A stretch of 12,430 nt of DNA from a virus: UHGV virus genome UHGV-0392688; one strand, given 5' to 3'. A program made the position numbers and the translations under genes. Positions 1 to 8,417 of the stretch are shown one piece after another. The first letter of the stretch is position 1. Every line of letters starts with the position of its first letter. The notes beneath the pieces are model-generated. The model was not told the origin of the DNA, searched no databases, and saw nothing but the letters and a program-made list of their open reading frames with translations.

Positions 1-166
1 GGTTTCTCTTTTGCATTTAAAATGCCAAGAGGGCAATTCTTTGTTGATGTTACGAAAACAGGGAAGGTAAAGGCTGGCGTAAATATTAGTGGTGAAAGCG
101 GAATTACTTATTCATCATGTAGAATAGATACTCATAATGTTGATTATGATCGTTAATTTTATTACC
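1..166 (+). CDS. 3' end of an upstream gene, 55 codons visible (...KTGKVKAGVNISGESGITYSSCRIDTHNVDYDR*), product unknown
   Basis: Frame 1 is open from the window edge to TAA at 164-166; the stretch looks much more AT-rich than the tail genes that follow; a terminator hairpin lies just downstream. Start is outside the window. Confidence 0.3.
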
Positions 167-170
167 TAAT

Positions 171-199
171 AAAAAACCGCGTTTACACGCGGTTTTTAT
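171..199 (+). terminator. Rho-independent terminator candidate
   Basis: A-run, stem CCGCG (177-181) / CGCGG (188-192) with loop TTTACA, then TTTTT (193-197). It sits between the upstream gene fragment and the first tail gene. Confidence 0.5.
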
Positions 200-212
200 T
201 TGAGGTGACGCC

Positions 213-1586
213 ATGGATTTTTCTCATATTTCTTCGTACCTATCCTCTGATTCTCGAAGTGGCTGGCGTGAAAAGCTACTTGAAGCATCATTTCGAGGTG
301 TGCCGTTTAAGGTTGAAGAAGAAAGTGCGGGAACCGGTCGCCGTGTGGAAACACATGAATACCCGAACCGCGACAAGCCCTATACCGAAGATCTGGGAAA
401 AGTCACTTTCCGCCCGTCCATCACAGCTTATGTGGTGGGAGATGACTGCTTTGACCAGCGCGATCGCCTGATTGAAGCGCTGAATAAACCCGGTCCCGGC
501 ACGCTTGTCCACCCGACATATGGTGAGCTGAAAGTCTGTGTTGACGGGGAAGTTCGGGTCAGCACATCGAAAAGTGAAGGGCGTATTGTCCGCTTTGACC
601 TGAAGTTTGTCGAAGCAGGAGAACTCTCTTACCCCACATCAGGTGCGGCGACGGCGCAGACGCTGATGTCATCCTGTTCTGCACTGGATGACTGCATCAG
701 TGACAGCTTCAGCGGTTTCAGTATCGATGGTGTGGCGGATTTCGTGCAGAACGACGTTATCGGTAATGCCAGCATAATGCTGGGGTATGTTTCTGATGCG
801 ATGAAAGTGGTGGATTCTGCCGTATCGGATGCCGCCAGGCTGTTGCAGGGGGATATCTCGGTACTTCTGCCGCCACCATCGTCAGGCAAAAATTTCGTTG
901 AGCAGGTGCAGAAAATGTGGCGTACCGGGAAACGCCTTTATGGTAACGCCAGCGACCTTGTCACCATGATCAAAACGCTTTCCGGTGTCAGCCTCGGCAG
1001 CGATCTGCAACCGCGCGGCGTCTGGAAAACGGACAGTAAAACCACCGCCACGGCGACGCAGCAGCGTAACGTGGTTGCCAGCACCCTTCGTACGACCGCA
1101 ATCAGCGAAGCGGCGTATGCCGTCACACGATTGCCTGCGCCCACAACTTCCGCGGTGATGCAGAATGCCACAGTGGGGCAGTCAACAACACCCGCGCAGA
1201 GCACCGGCTGGCCTTCTGTCACGCATCCGGCACTGAACAATGCACCGGCGGTGAAAAACACGGTTGACCTGCCAACGTGGGAAGAACTGACCGACATTCG
1301 CGACACACTGAATACGGCAATTGATAAGGAGTTGTCCCGTACAACCAGTGATGCGCTGTTTCTGGCGCTGCGCCGGGTGAAAGCAGATCTGAATGCGGAT
1401 ATCAACACGCGCCTTGAACAGTCTGCACGGATCATTCAGCGCACGCCGGATGAGGTTTTACCCGCGCTGGTGCTGGCGGCGACCTGGTTTGATAACGCGG
1501 CGCGTGACGTGGACATTATCCGGCGTAATGCCATTACGCATCCCGGCTTTGTGCCGGTGATCCCTCTGAAGGTGCCAGTGCAATGA
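213..1586 (+). CDS. Mu N-like tail protein (DNA circularisation protein family)
   Basis: 457-aa ORF; the N-terminal region resembles the Mu gpN / DNA_circ_N family by eye. GAGG at 202-205 lies 7 nt before the ATG. Its stop overlaps the next gene's start (ATGA at 1583-1586). First gene of a co-directional baseplate cluster. Confidence 0.55.
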   Translation: MDFSHISSYLSSDSRSGWREKLLEASFRGVPFKVEEESAGTGRRVETHEYPNRDKPYTEDLGKVTFRPSITAYVVGDDCFDQRDRLIEALNKPGPGTLVHPTYGELKVCVDGEVRVSTSKSEGRIVRFDLKFVEAGELSYPTSGAATAQTLMSSCSALDDCISDSFSGFSIDGVADFVQNDVIGNASIMLGYVSDAMKVVDSAVSDAARLLQGDISVLLPPPSSGKNFVEQVQKMWRTGKRLYGNASDLVTMIKTLSGVSLGSDLQPRGVWKTDSKTTATATQQRNVVASTLRTTAISEAAYAVTRLPAPTTSAVMQNATVGQSTTPAQSTGWPSVTHPALNNAPAVKNTVDLPTWEELTDIRDTLNTAIDKELSRTTSDALFLALRRVKADLNADINTRLEQSARIIQRTPDEVLPALVLAATWFDNAARDVDIIRRNAITHPGFVPVIPLKVPVQ

Positions 1587-2662
1587 ACGACAATGTCACG
1601 CTACGGGTAAATGGCCGGGAGTGGAATGGCTGGACATCGGTGCGCATCGGTGCCGGTATTGAACGGCTGGCGCGGGATTTCAGTGTGGAGATCACCCGCC
1701 AGTGGCCGGGAGATGAGGGTATCACCACGCTTCAGCCGCGCATTAAAAACGGTTCAAAAGTGGAAGTGCTGATTGGTGATGAGCTGGTGATCACCGGCTG
1801 GGTGGAGGCGACGCCCGTTCGTTACGATGCCCGTTCGGTCAGCACTGGTATTGCCGGACGCAGTCTAACCGCTGATCTGATTGACTGTGCAGCCGAACCG
1901 ACACAGTTTAACGGACGATCGCTGGTACAGATTGCGCAGGCGCTTGCTGCGCCCTTCGGCATTGAGGTGGTGAACAACGGTGCGCCGTCGGGTGTTATTC
2001 CTGACGTCCAGCCTGATCACGGTGAAACGGTGATTGAGGTAATCAACAAAATACTCGGTCAGCAGCAGGCACTGGCTTACGACGACCCGCACGGCAGGCT
2101 GGTGATTGGCGGTATTGGCTCAACGCGGGCACATACCGCGCTGGTACTTGGGGAAAACATCCTTTCCTGTGATACGGAGAAGAGTATCCGGGAGCGGTTT
2201 TCAGTTTACCAGGTGGCGGGGCAGCGTGCCGGAAACGACGATGATTTCGGTGAGGCCACCACCACCGCGCTGCGGGCCCGCACAGAGGACGCATTTATTG
2301 CCCGTTACCGTCCGATGTATATCAGGCAGACAGGGCAGGCCACGGGGGCAGGCTGTATTGCGCGTGCTGACTTTGAAGCCCGACAACGGGCGGCGCGGAC
2401 GGATGAAACCACCTATGTGGTGCAGGGCTGGCGACAGGGTAACGGTACGCTGTGGCAGCCCAACCAGCGGGTGATTGTCTTTGATCCGGTCTGTGGTTTC
2501 GACAATACCGAACTGCTTGTTTCGGAAGTCACGTTTACTCAGGACCAGAACGGCACCCTGACGGAAATCCGTGTCGGCCCGCCTGATGCTTATCTGCCTG
2601 AACCCGAAGATCCCGGCGCGCGGAAAAAGAAAAAAGCCAGAGTACAGGAGGACCCGTTCTGA
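1583..2662 (+). CDS. Baseplate hub / tail protein (Mu gpP/gp44-like, phage late control D family)
   Basis: 359-aa ORF in the Mu position after N. Coupled to both neighbours by ATGA overlaps at 1583-1586 and 2660-2664. Confidence 0.55.
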   Translation: MNDNVTLRVNGREWNGWTSVRIGAGIERLARDFSVEITRQWPGDEGITTLQPRIKNGSKVEVLIGDELVITGWVEATPVRYDARSVSTGIAGRSLTADLIDCAAEPTQFNGRSLVQIAQALAAPFGIEVVNNGAPSGVIPDVQPDHGETVIEVINKILGQQQALAYDDPHGRLVIGGIGSTRAHTALVLGENILSCDTEKSIRERFSVYQVAGQRAGNDDDFGEATTTALRARTEDAFIARYRPMYIRQTGQATGAGCIARADFEARQRAARTDETTYVVQGWRQGNGTLWQPNQRVIVFDPVCGFDNTELLVSEVTFTQDQNGTLTEIRVGPPDAYLPEPEDPGARKKKKARVQEDPF

Positions 2663-3210
2663 TGAGGGCGATTGAAACCATACAGCGACAACTCCTCGGG
2701 CTGATTGGGCGGGCCGTGGTGAAAAGCATCAGTGCCGCAACGAAATGTCAGACCGTGGATGTGTCCCTGATTGCCGGTGAACCCAAAGCCGGGGTTGAAC
2801 ATCTTGAACCTTACGGTTTTACCGCAAGGGCAAACAGCGGTGCGGAAGCGGTGGTGTTGTTTCCGGATGGCGACCGTTCTCATGCGGTGGTTGTTACGGT
2901 GTCGGATCGGCGTTACCGCCTGAAAGGGCTGCAGACGGGTGAGGTGGCTGTCTATGACGATCAGGGGCAGTCCGTGACGCTGACCCGGGAGGGGATCGTG
3001 GTGGACGGTGCAGGTAAAACGATCACGTTTCGCAATTCACCTAAAGCACGTTTTGAAATGGACCTGGAAGTGACAGGACAGGTGAAAGACCTGTGCGACT
3101 CCAGCGGTACCACCATGTCAGCGATGCGGCTTGCCTATAACGGGCATCGTCACAGAGAGAACGGTCAGGGCAGTAACACCGACAAACCTGATAAAGCGAT
3201 GGAGGCGTGA
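2662..3210 (+). CDS. Baseplate central spike / assembly protein V-like (Mu gp45-like)
   Basis: 182-aa ORF. The C-terminal YNGHRHRENG contains the HxH motif typical of spike apex domains. Position between hub and GP46-like gene matches Mu order. Confidence 0.6.
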   Translation: MRAIETIQRQLLGLIGRAVVKSISAATKCQTVDVSLIAGEPKAGVEHLEPYGFTARANSGAEAVVLFPDGDRSHAVVVTVSDRRYRLKGLQTGEVAVYDDQGQSVTLTREGIVVDGAGKTITFRNSPKARFEMDLEVTGQVKDLCDSSGTTMSAMRLAYNGHRHRENGQGSNTDKPDKAMEA

Positions 3211-3635
3211 TGGAACTGTGGCTGACGGTGAACGGTAAACGCACCTGCGCCAGCGCACCGCTGGATCCGCTGACCCGCGCCGTGGTGATTTCCCTGTTTA
3301 CCTGGCGGCGGGCGGAGCCTGATGACAACGCCGACGTCCCGATGGGATGGTGGGGGGATACCTGGCCTGCGGTACAGAATGACCGTTACGGCTCCCGACT
3401 GTGGCTGCTTCAGCGCAGCAAACTGACCAATCAGCTGGTGCAGACGGTAAGGGGGTATATCCGCGAATGCCTGCAATGGATGATTGATGATGGCGTGGTG
3501 TCCCGTATTGATCTGGATATCCGCCGCACCGGGATTAATGAACTGGGTAACAGTATCACTCTCTGGCGTCGTGACGGACCGGTAATGATTTCTTTTGATG
3601 ATCTGTGGAGTGCGATAACGCATGGCGGACAGTGA
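3210..3635 (+). CDS. Baseplate protein, GP46 family (Mu gp46-like)
   Basis: ORF track gives 3207-3635 starting at GTG; I prefer the ATG at 3210, which has GGAGG at 3201-3205 and overlaps the upstream stop as TGATG. About 141 aa, the size and position expected for Mu gp46. Confidence 0.55.
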   Translation: MELWLTVNGKRTCASAPLDPLTRAVVISLFTWRRAEPDDNADVPMGWWGDTWPAVQNDRYGSRLWLLQRSKLTNQLVQTVRGYIRECLQWMIDDGVVSRIDLDIRRTGINELGNSITLWRRDGPVMISFDDLWSAITHGGQ

Positions 3636-4680
3636 ATTTCAGCGCCCGACGCTGGCAGAAAATATCAGTATGCTCCGTAACGATTTATTCGCCAGGCTGG
3701 ACGTCAGCGACACGCTCCGGCGCATGGATGAAGACGTGCGGGCAAAGGTGTATGCGGCGGCGCTGCATACGGTTTACGGTTACATCGATTATCTGGCAAT
3801 GAACATGCTGCCTGATCTGTGCGATGAGTCCTGGCTGGCGCGACATGCTGCGATGAAACGGTGTCCGCGCAAGGGGGCCACGGCTGCCAGCGGGTATATG
3901 CGCTGGGAAGGTGTCAGCGATGGCCTGAAGGTGACCGCCGGGAGTGTTATTCAGCGCGATGACCTGGTTCAGTACACGGCAACTGCCGATGCAATCAGCA
4001 CTGGTGGTGTCCTGCGTGTGCCGATCACTTGCTCAACTACAGGCGCGGTCGGTAACGCTGACGACGGTACGGCATTAATCCTGGTCACGCCGGTGAATGG
4101 TCTGCCGTCTTCCGGTGTGGCTGACACCCTGACAGGCGGATTTGATACTGAAGAGCTGGAAACGTGGCGCGCCCGCGTCATTGAGCGGTATTACTGGACG
4201 CCTCAGGGCGGGGCTGACGGGGACTATGTCGTCTGGGCTAAAGAAGTGCCCGGCATTACCCGCGCATGGACATACCGACACTGGATGGGAACGGGGACTG
4301 TCGGTGTGATGATTGCCAGCAGTGACCTGATTAATCCCATTCCGGAAGAGTCAACGGAAACGGCGGCAAGACAACATATCGAGCCACTGGCCCCGGTGGC
4401 AGGCTCTGATTTGTATGTATTCAGGCCGGTGGCGCATAAAGTGGATTTTCATATCCGCGTGACGCCGGACACACCGGAAATACGGGCTGCCATCACCGCC
4501 GAGTTGCGTTCGTTCCTGCTGCGTGATGGTTATCCGCAGGGAGAACTGAAGGTGTCACGTATCAGTGAAGCGATTTCCGGTGCGAACGGGGAATACAGCC
4601 ATCAGTTGCTTGCCCCGGCGGACAATATCTCCATTGCAAAAAATGAGCTGGCGGTTCTGGGGACGATTTCATGGACGTGA
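3622..4680 (+). CDS. Baseplate J-like protein (Mu gp47-like)
   Basis: 352-aa ORF of the size and position of baseplate J family proteins; overlaps the upstream gene by 14 nt. Confidence 0.6.
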   Translation: MADSEFQRPTLAENISMLRNDLFARLDVSDTLRRMDEDVRAKVYAAALHTVYGYIDYLAMNMLPDLCDESWLARHAAMKRCPRKGATAASGYMRWEGVSDGLKVTAGSVIQRDDLVQYTATADAISTGGVLRVPITCSTTGAVGNADDGTALILVTPVNGLPSSGVADTLTGGFDTEELETWRARVIERYYWTPQGGADGDYVVWAKEVPGITRAWTYRHWMGTGTVGVMIASSDLINPIPEESTETAARQHIEPLAPVAGSDLYVFRPVAHKVDFHIRVTPDTPEIRAAITAELRSFLLRDGYPQGELKVSRISEAISGANGEYSHQLLAPADNISIAKNELAVLGTISWT

Positions 4681-5255
4681 CAAACGATGATTATATCCGT
4701 CTGTTGTCGGCACTGTTGCCGCCCGGTCCGGCGTGGTCAGTCAGCGATCCGGCGATTGCCGGTGCGGCACCGTCATTAACCCGCGTTCATCAGCGTGCGG
4801 ATGCCCTGATGCGGGAGCTGGATCCGCGCACCACCACTGAACTGATAAACCGCTGGGAGCGTCTGTGCGGTCTGCCGGATGAATGTATTCCCGCAGGGAC
4901 ACAGACCCTTCGCCAGCGTCAGCAACGGCTGGATGCGAAGGTTAATCTGGCGGGCGGCATCAATGAGGATTTTTATCTTGCACAGCTTGCTGCCCTGGGC
5001 AGACCAGACGCCACTATCACGCGATACGATAAAAGCACGTTCACCTGCTCATCGGCCTGTACTGACGCAGTGAATGCGCCGGAATGGCGGTATTACTGGC
5101 AGGTCAACATGCCAGCCGCCACCAACACCACCTGGATGACATGTGGCGATCCCTGTGATTCCGCACTGCGTATCTGGGGCGACACCGTTGTCGAGTGCGT
5201 GCTTAACAAACTCTGCCCTTCGCATACCTACGTAATTTTTAAATATCCGGAGTAA
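4671..5255 (+). CDS. Tail protein, DUF2313 family (Mu gp48-like / YmfQ-like)
   Basis: 194-aa ORF directly after the baseplate J-like gene and before the tail fibre; size and context match the Mu gp48 / e14 YmfQ family. Confidence 0.55.
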   Translation: MDVTNDDYIRLLSALLPPGPAWSVSDPAIAGAAPSLTRVHQRADALMRELDPRTTTELINRWERLCGLPDECIPAGTQTLRQRQQRLDAKVNLAGGINEDFYLAQLAALGRPDATITRYDKSTFTCSSACTDAVNAPEWRYYWQVNMPAATNTTWMTCGDPCDSALRIWGDTVVECVLNKLCPSHTYVIFKYPE

Positions 5256-5258
5256 TCC

Positions 5259-5906
5259 ATGCATCGTATAGACACGAAAACCGCGCAGAAGGATAAGTTC
5301 GGCGCGGGTAAGAACGGTTTTACCCGTGGTAACCCCCAGACCGGCACACCTGCCACCGATCTGGATGATGACTACTTTGACATGTTGCAGGAGGAGCTTT
5401 GCAGCGTTGTGGAGGCATCCGGTGCCAGCCTGGAGAAGGGGCGGCACGACCAGCTGCTTACCGCGCTTCGTGCGCTGCTGTTAAGCCGCAAGAATCCGTT
5501 TGGTGATATCAAATCGGATGGCACGGTGAAAACGGCTCTCGAAAACCTTGGTTTAGGAGAAGCGGCGAAAAGGGATGTGGGCACAGGAGATAATCAGATA
5601 CCGGATATGGGAGCATTCGCTTCTGGTTCGGGATGGTTCAGGCTACCAGGTGGATATATTGTTCAGTTTGGCACTTTTGCAGGAAACACGACCCGCTTTA
5701 TCAGTGGACACTTCCCTATACCATTCCCTAATCAGCCGATGGTTTCAGTCAGTGTTATGTCTGATGCCGTTCAGTCAGACCCGTCGAATCCTGCCCCGCA
5801 GGTTTTGTCTGTAAATTTTGAACATATCAGTAATTCAGCGTGGCGTGTGGCAACCAGTGATATCTCACAGCAATACAGATTCAGTTATATTTCGATAGGA
5901 CGGTAG
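5259..5906 (+). CDS. Short tail-fibre protein: constant N-terminal part (about residues 1-97) fused to a variable C-terminal part encoded inside the invertible segment
   Basis: 215-aa ORF. A 26-bp Hin/Gin-type crossover site lies inside the coding sequence at 5536-5561 (codons for ...ENLGLGE...). It is followed by a tail-fibre assembly gene. Resembles short e14-type tail fibres by eye. Confidence 0.6.
   Translation: MHRIDTKTAQKDKFGAGKNGFTRGNPQTGTPATDLDDDYFDMLQEELCSVVEASGASLEKGRHDQLLTALRALLLSRKNPFGDIKSDGTVKTALENLGLGEAAKRDVGTGDNQIPDMGAFASGSGWFRLPGGYIVQFGTFAGNTTRFISGHFPIPFPNQPMVSVSVMSDAVQSDPSNPAPQVLSVNFEHISNSAWRVATSDISQQYRFSYISIGR
5536..5561. repeat. Left inversion crossover site (hix/gix/pix-like, 26 bp)
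   Basis: CTCTCGAAAACC TT GGTTTAGGAGAA: two 12-bp half-sites around a 2-bp core, matching the AAAACC-NN-GGTTT pattern of Hin-family sites. The inner half-site is an 11/12 inverted repeat of the inner half-site at 7364-7375. Confidence 0.65.
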
Positions 5907-5908
5907 AA

Positions 5909-6349
5909 ATGCAGAAATATATTTTCAGTGCCGATAAAAATGCGTTTTTCCCTGTGGAGCTTAAAATCGCTTATCAGGAATCCGGCGAATGGCCCGGTGA
6001 TGGAATCGAAATTGACGACACTGTTGCCGCCGAATTTATGAAGGAAGCACCAGAAGGAAAATACAGAGGTGTCATCGACGGAATGCCTGCATGGATTGAT
6101 ATTCCACCGCCAACTCATGAGGAACAAATTGCCGCAGCCGAACTGGAAAAGCAGCAATTGATTAATCAGGTCAACGAATACATAAACAGTAAGCAATGGC
6201 CTGGTAAAGCGGCGATTGGTCGCCTGAAAGGTGAGGAACTGGCGCAATATAATTTGTGGCTGGATTATCTGGACGCACTGGAACTGGTCGATACTTCTGG
6301 TGCGCCAGATATTGAATGGCCTACGCCTCCGGCAGTTCAGGCCAGATGA
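5909..6349 (+). CDS. Tail fibre assembly protein (Tfa/U-like), partner of the currently expressed fibre variant
   Basis: 146-aa ORF directly after the fibre gene. Its C-terminal motif (TSGAPDIEWPTPP) is echoed in the convergent gene's C-terminus (TSTAPDVIWPELP), as expected for paralogous assembly proteins. Confidence 0.6.
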   Translation: MQKYIFSADKNAFFPVELKIAYQESGEWPGDGIEIDDTVAAEFMKEAPEGKYRGVIDGMPAWIDIPPPTHEEQIAAAELEKQQLINQVNEYINSKQWPGKAAIGRLKGEELAQYNLWLDYLDALELVDTSGAPDIEWPTPPAVQAR

Positions 6350-6923
6350 CATCCGGCGCGGTGCTGGTATCTGTTGCCGCCACCGCGTCAATGTAATCCA
6401 GCACAGCGTTAAGCCGGGTTGTTTCTGCCTGCGTCAGCTTCCGCCCGGCCCGTAATTTCAGCTGAATCAGACTGATGGAAGCCATTGCAGCATCAATCAG
6501 CGACTGGCGCTTTGCTTCTGCCGCTTCTACTGCGGCACTATGTTGTGCCTCGGTATCCGTCACCCATTTCTCACCATCCCATTTATCATATGGCGTTAAC
6601 GGGGCGATAGTGGTTGTATTTTCAGGGTAATCACCCGGAGCTGTGATTTCTTTCGATTCTCCTGTTTCGGTGCTATAGATGATTTCACCGCGATGGTCTG
6701 GCACATATTCCCATGAGTTAAAATCTGCAGAACGGCAGATTGCATAACCAGCTTTATGTGTAACTGGTGCATCTAAACAAGAACATGCCGGTATACCGAC
6801 GCCAACCGCAAGATATTCAGTTGATGTGGAAATATATTCCCGCGTTTCACCATCATAATTATAAATGGTAATGTCTCCCGCTTTTATGGCAATGAGTTCG
6901 TTATTTAATACGGCTTTATTCAT
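6321..6923 (-). CDS. Tail fibre assembly protein (Tfa/U'-like), alternative orientation
   Basis: 200-aa ORF on the minus strand inside the invertible segment. It follows the alternative fibre C-terminal segment with a 1-nt stop/start overlap at 6923, and its 3' end overlaps the + strand assembly gene (6321-6349). Confidence 0.6.
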   Translation of the reverse strand: MNKAVLNNELIAIKAGDITIYNYDGETREYISTSTEYLAVGVGIPACSCLDAPVTHKAGYAICRSADFNSWEYVPDHRGEIIYSTETGESKEITAPGDYPENTTTIAPLTPYDKWDGEKWVTDTEAQHSAAVEAAEAKRQSLIDAAMASISLIQLKLRAGRKLTQAETTRLNAVLDYIDAVAATDTSTAPDVIWPELPEA

Positions 6924-7377
6924 CAGGCTGCCCTCACGATATAGTTAAATGCGACGTTGCGCGGCCGTGTCTCTGCACCAACGCGAGGCTGACCGCCTGC
7001 AAAATTGGTTGATGATACAGGACCAACCAAATCACCATCGCCAGTTCGTGTGTTCCCGCCATCGGGTAGCGCGCCGGAGCCACCGAATGCACCAATGTAC
7101 GATATGCGGATGTTACTGTGCCCGTGGTTTTGCAGCTGGTCTGTCTGTGATGAACCAAGATTTCTTGACGGGTCTACCCCGCGCCCATCATCCCATCCAC
7201 GAATAAATTCACCGCGTAAATCAGGCAATTTATTTGTCGGGTAAGCCTTTGCCAGTTCCGGGTATTCTTCAGCAGAAAAAGCCGCACCATTGCATTTCAA
7301 CCAGCCTGTTGGCGGAGTGGCTGAAGGCCACGGAACAGGCACCCCAACAGGTAATGCTGAGCCTTCTCCCAAACCAA
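6923..7377 (-). CDS. Promoterless alternative tail-fibre C-terminal segment (tail-collar-like), expressed only after inversion fuses it to the constant N-terminus
   Basis: The minus-strand frame is open from the crossover site (...KVGLGEGSALPVG...) with no ATG; the ORF track's start at 7372 is a TTG. It encodes the same LGLGE junction peptide as the left site. The region ...AAFSAEEYPELAKAYPTNKLPDLRGEFIRGWDDGRG... resembles phage tail-collar/fibre C-terminal domains. Confidence 0.55.
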
Positions 7378-7389
7378 CCTTTCAAATAT
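7364..7389. repeat. Right inversion crossover site (inverted copy)
   Basis: TTCTCCCAAACC AA CCTTTCAAATAT; its reverse complement ...TT GGTTTGGGAGAA matches the left site's core and inner half-site at 11/12 positions. Confidence 0.6.
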
Positions 7390-7416
7390 TTTTCTGAATC
7401 AGGTGATATTTCGCCT

Positions 7417-7443
7417 CTTCTCCTGTTTTTACAACAGGAGAAG
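7417..7443 (+). promoter_or_regulatory. Perfect 11-bp stem hairpin enclosing the invertase Shine-Dalgarno
   Basis: CTTCTCCTGTT (7417-7427), loop TTTAC, AACAGGAGAAG (7433-7443). The AGGAG at 7436-7440 is the only plausible RBS for the ATG at 7449. Confidence 0.45.
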
Positions 7444-7448
7444 CACTC

Positions 7449-8012
7449 ATGATTTACGGGTATGTTCGTGTATCAACAAATCATCAGGATACAGAGTTGC
7501 AACGTCTTGCACTTGAGTCAGCTGGCTGTGAGCGAATTTATGAAGAATATGCCAGTGGCAGAACAGCTAATCGCCCTGTGTTAAAGGAATTAATTACGGT
7601 GATGAAAAGTGGAGATGAGTTGATTGTCTGGAAGTTAGATCGGATAGGGAGAAATGTGCTGCATGCGCTATTGATGTTTCAAAATCTGCACGAAAAAGGT
7701 GTTAATTTTCGGAGTATTACAGATGGCGTAGACCTGAAAACAGCAAGTGGTCGCTATAATTTCCGTAATATTCTTTCTGCTGCGCAGTATGAATCTGATT
7801 TGAATAGCGAGCGAACTTTAGCTGGTTTGGCTATTGCCAGATCCAAAGGCCGGATTGGTGGGCGTAGACCGAAGTTTAGCGACGAGCAGTGGCAACAGAT
7901 GGGAGCGCTCATAGCGGCAGGGAAATCACGGCGTTATGTTGCACGTATCTATAACGTTGGGCTATCAACCCTATATAAACGATTTCCTGTTACTGGCATT
8001 CAAACGAAATAA
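7449..8012 (+). CDS. pin: Serine recombinase, DNA invertase (Hin/Gin/Pin family)
   Basis: 187 aa. N-terminal YVRVSTNHQ carries the catalytic serine; GRIGGRRPK and a C-terminal helix-turn-helix (LSTLYKRF) are typical of the family. Sits directly next to the invertible segment. Confidence 0.8.
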   Translation: MIYGYVRVSTNHQDTELQRLALESAGCERIYEEYASGRTANRPVLKELITVMKSGDELIVWKLDRIGRNVLHALLMFQNLHEKGVNFRSITDGVDLKTASGRYNFRNILSAAQYESDLNSERTLAGLAIARSKGRIGGRRPKFSDEQWQQMGALIAAGKSRRYVARIYNVGLSTLYKRFPVTGIQTK

Positions 8013-8052
8013 TTTAAAAGCAATTTAAAGAGTTATTTGTCTAATGTTGGAA

Positions 8053-8088
8053 GCCGCAGCCACGTCGTATGCAAGAACGTGCTGCGGC
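8053..8088. terminator. GC-rich hairpin between convergent invertase and dinI-like genes (terminator or recombination-site candidate)
   Basis: GCCGCAGCCACG ... CGTGCTGCGGC imperfect inverted repeat with a 13-nt loop. There is no clear U-tract on either side, so its role is uncertain. Confidence 0.3.
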
Positions 8089-8155
8089 TGGCTGGCGAAC
8101 TTTCGATAGTGCGAGTATTGAATGATTTCCAGCCGTTACCGATTTTACGTGTTAA

Positions 8156-8404
8156 TTAGTGAACAAACCACTCGTCAGCAGATTCCCAGGTATCTTTCAG
8201 AGTCTCCTGAACAAAAGTTTTTGCAGAATCCTTATCTGCGGTGCGTGTAACAGAAAGGCCATCGTTGCTGGTGGCTTTTACGATCACCTCTACATCGTCA
8301 TAACGTTTACTGATGCGTCGGGTTAATTCTTCCTTTAACGCATCCACAGCACCGGTTGGCATTTTAGTCATTTTTTCTTTGGCTATGCAGATTTCAATAC
8401 GCAT
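8156..8404 (-). CDS. dinI: DinI-family protein (SOS-inducible RecA modulator-like)
   Basis: 82 aa, [11 protein letters not shown]...[11 protein letters not shown], matching the DinI family pattern (MRIE...ETWESAD.WFV). GAGGG RBS 6 nt upstream. Two LexA boxes lie directly upstream. Confidence 0.75.
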   Translation of the reverse strand: MRIEICIAKEKMTKMPTGAVDALKEELTRRISKRYDDVEVIVKATSNDGLSVTRTADKDSAKTFVQETLKDTWESADEWFVH

Positions 8405-8417
8405 AAAAGTCCCTCTA

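Larger units (their letters stand above)
5548..7377. other. Invertible tail-fibre host-range segment, about 1.83 kb (Mu G-segment / e14 P-region type)
   Basis: Bounded by inverted crossover sites with complementary core dinucleotides (TT at 5548-5549, AA at 7376-7377). Contains the variable fibre C-terminus plus assembly gene on +, and a promoterless alternative C-terminus plus assembly gene on -. A serine invertase gene is immediately adjacent. Confidence 0.65.

Noticed and set aside
938-1435. 165-aa minus-strand ORF inside the N-like gene (also 288-512 and 629-889 on -, and 205-471 on +)
   Set aside because: They lie wholly within a long, well-supported + strand gene, have no RBS support and unusual composition. 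These are typical shadow ORFs of a GC-rich coding region.
2043-2474. Several overlapping ORFs on both strands inside the P-like gene (2043-2294 -, 2106-2474 +, 2201-2386 -, 1865-2092 -)
   Set aside because: All are alternative-frame or antisense ORFs within a tightly coupled operon gene; their Arg/Pro/Gly-rich translations are typical of out-of-frame GC-rich sequence.
3165-3623. 152-aa minus-strand ORF antisense to the GP46-like gene (also 3041-3328 -, 3605-3802 +, 3969-4181 -, 4075-4281 -)
   Set aside because: Antisense or out-of-frame relative to baseplate genes that form an unbroken co-directional, translationally coupled array.
5885-6391. 168-aa minus-strand ORF spanning the + strand tail-fibre assembly gene (also 5049-5447 -, 5372-5584 -, 5575-5814 +, 4879-5073 +)
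   Set aside because: These overlap better-supported genes; the real minus-strand assembly gene is 6321-6923, which has coupled context and a matching C-terminal motif.
6934-7452. Plus-strand ORFs (6949-7206, 7005-7244, 7234-7452) and minus ORF 6934-7158 over the inverted fibre C-terminal segment
   Set aside because: The minus-strand frame 6923-7377 carries the tail-collar-like sequence and the crossover junction peptide; the others are alternative frames. 7234-7452 would run through the right inversion site and the invertase RBS hairpin, which makes a real gene unlikely.
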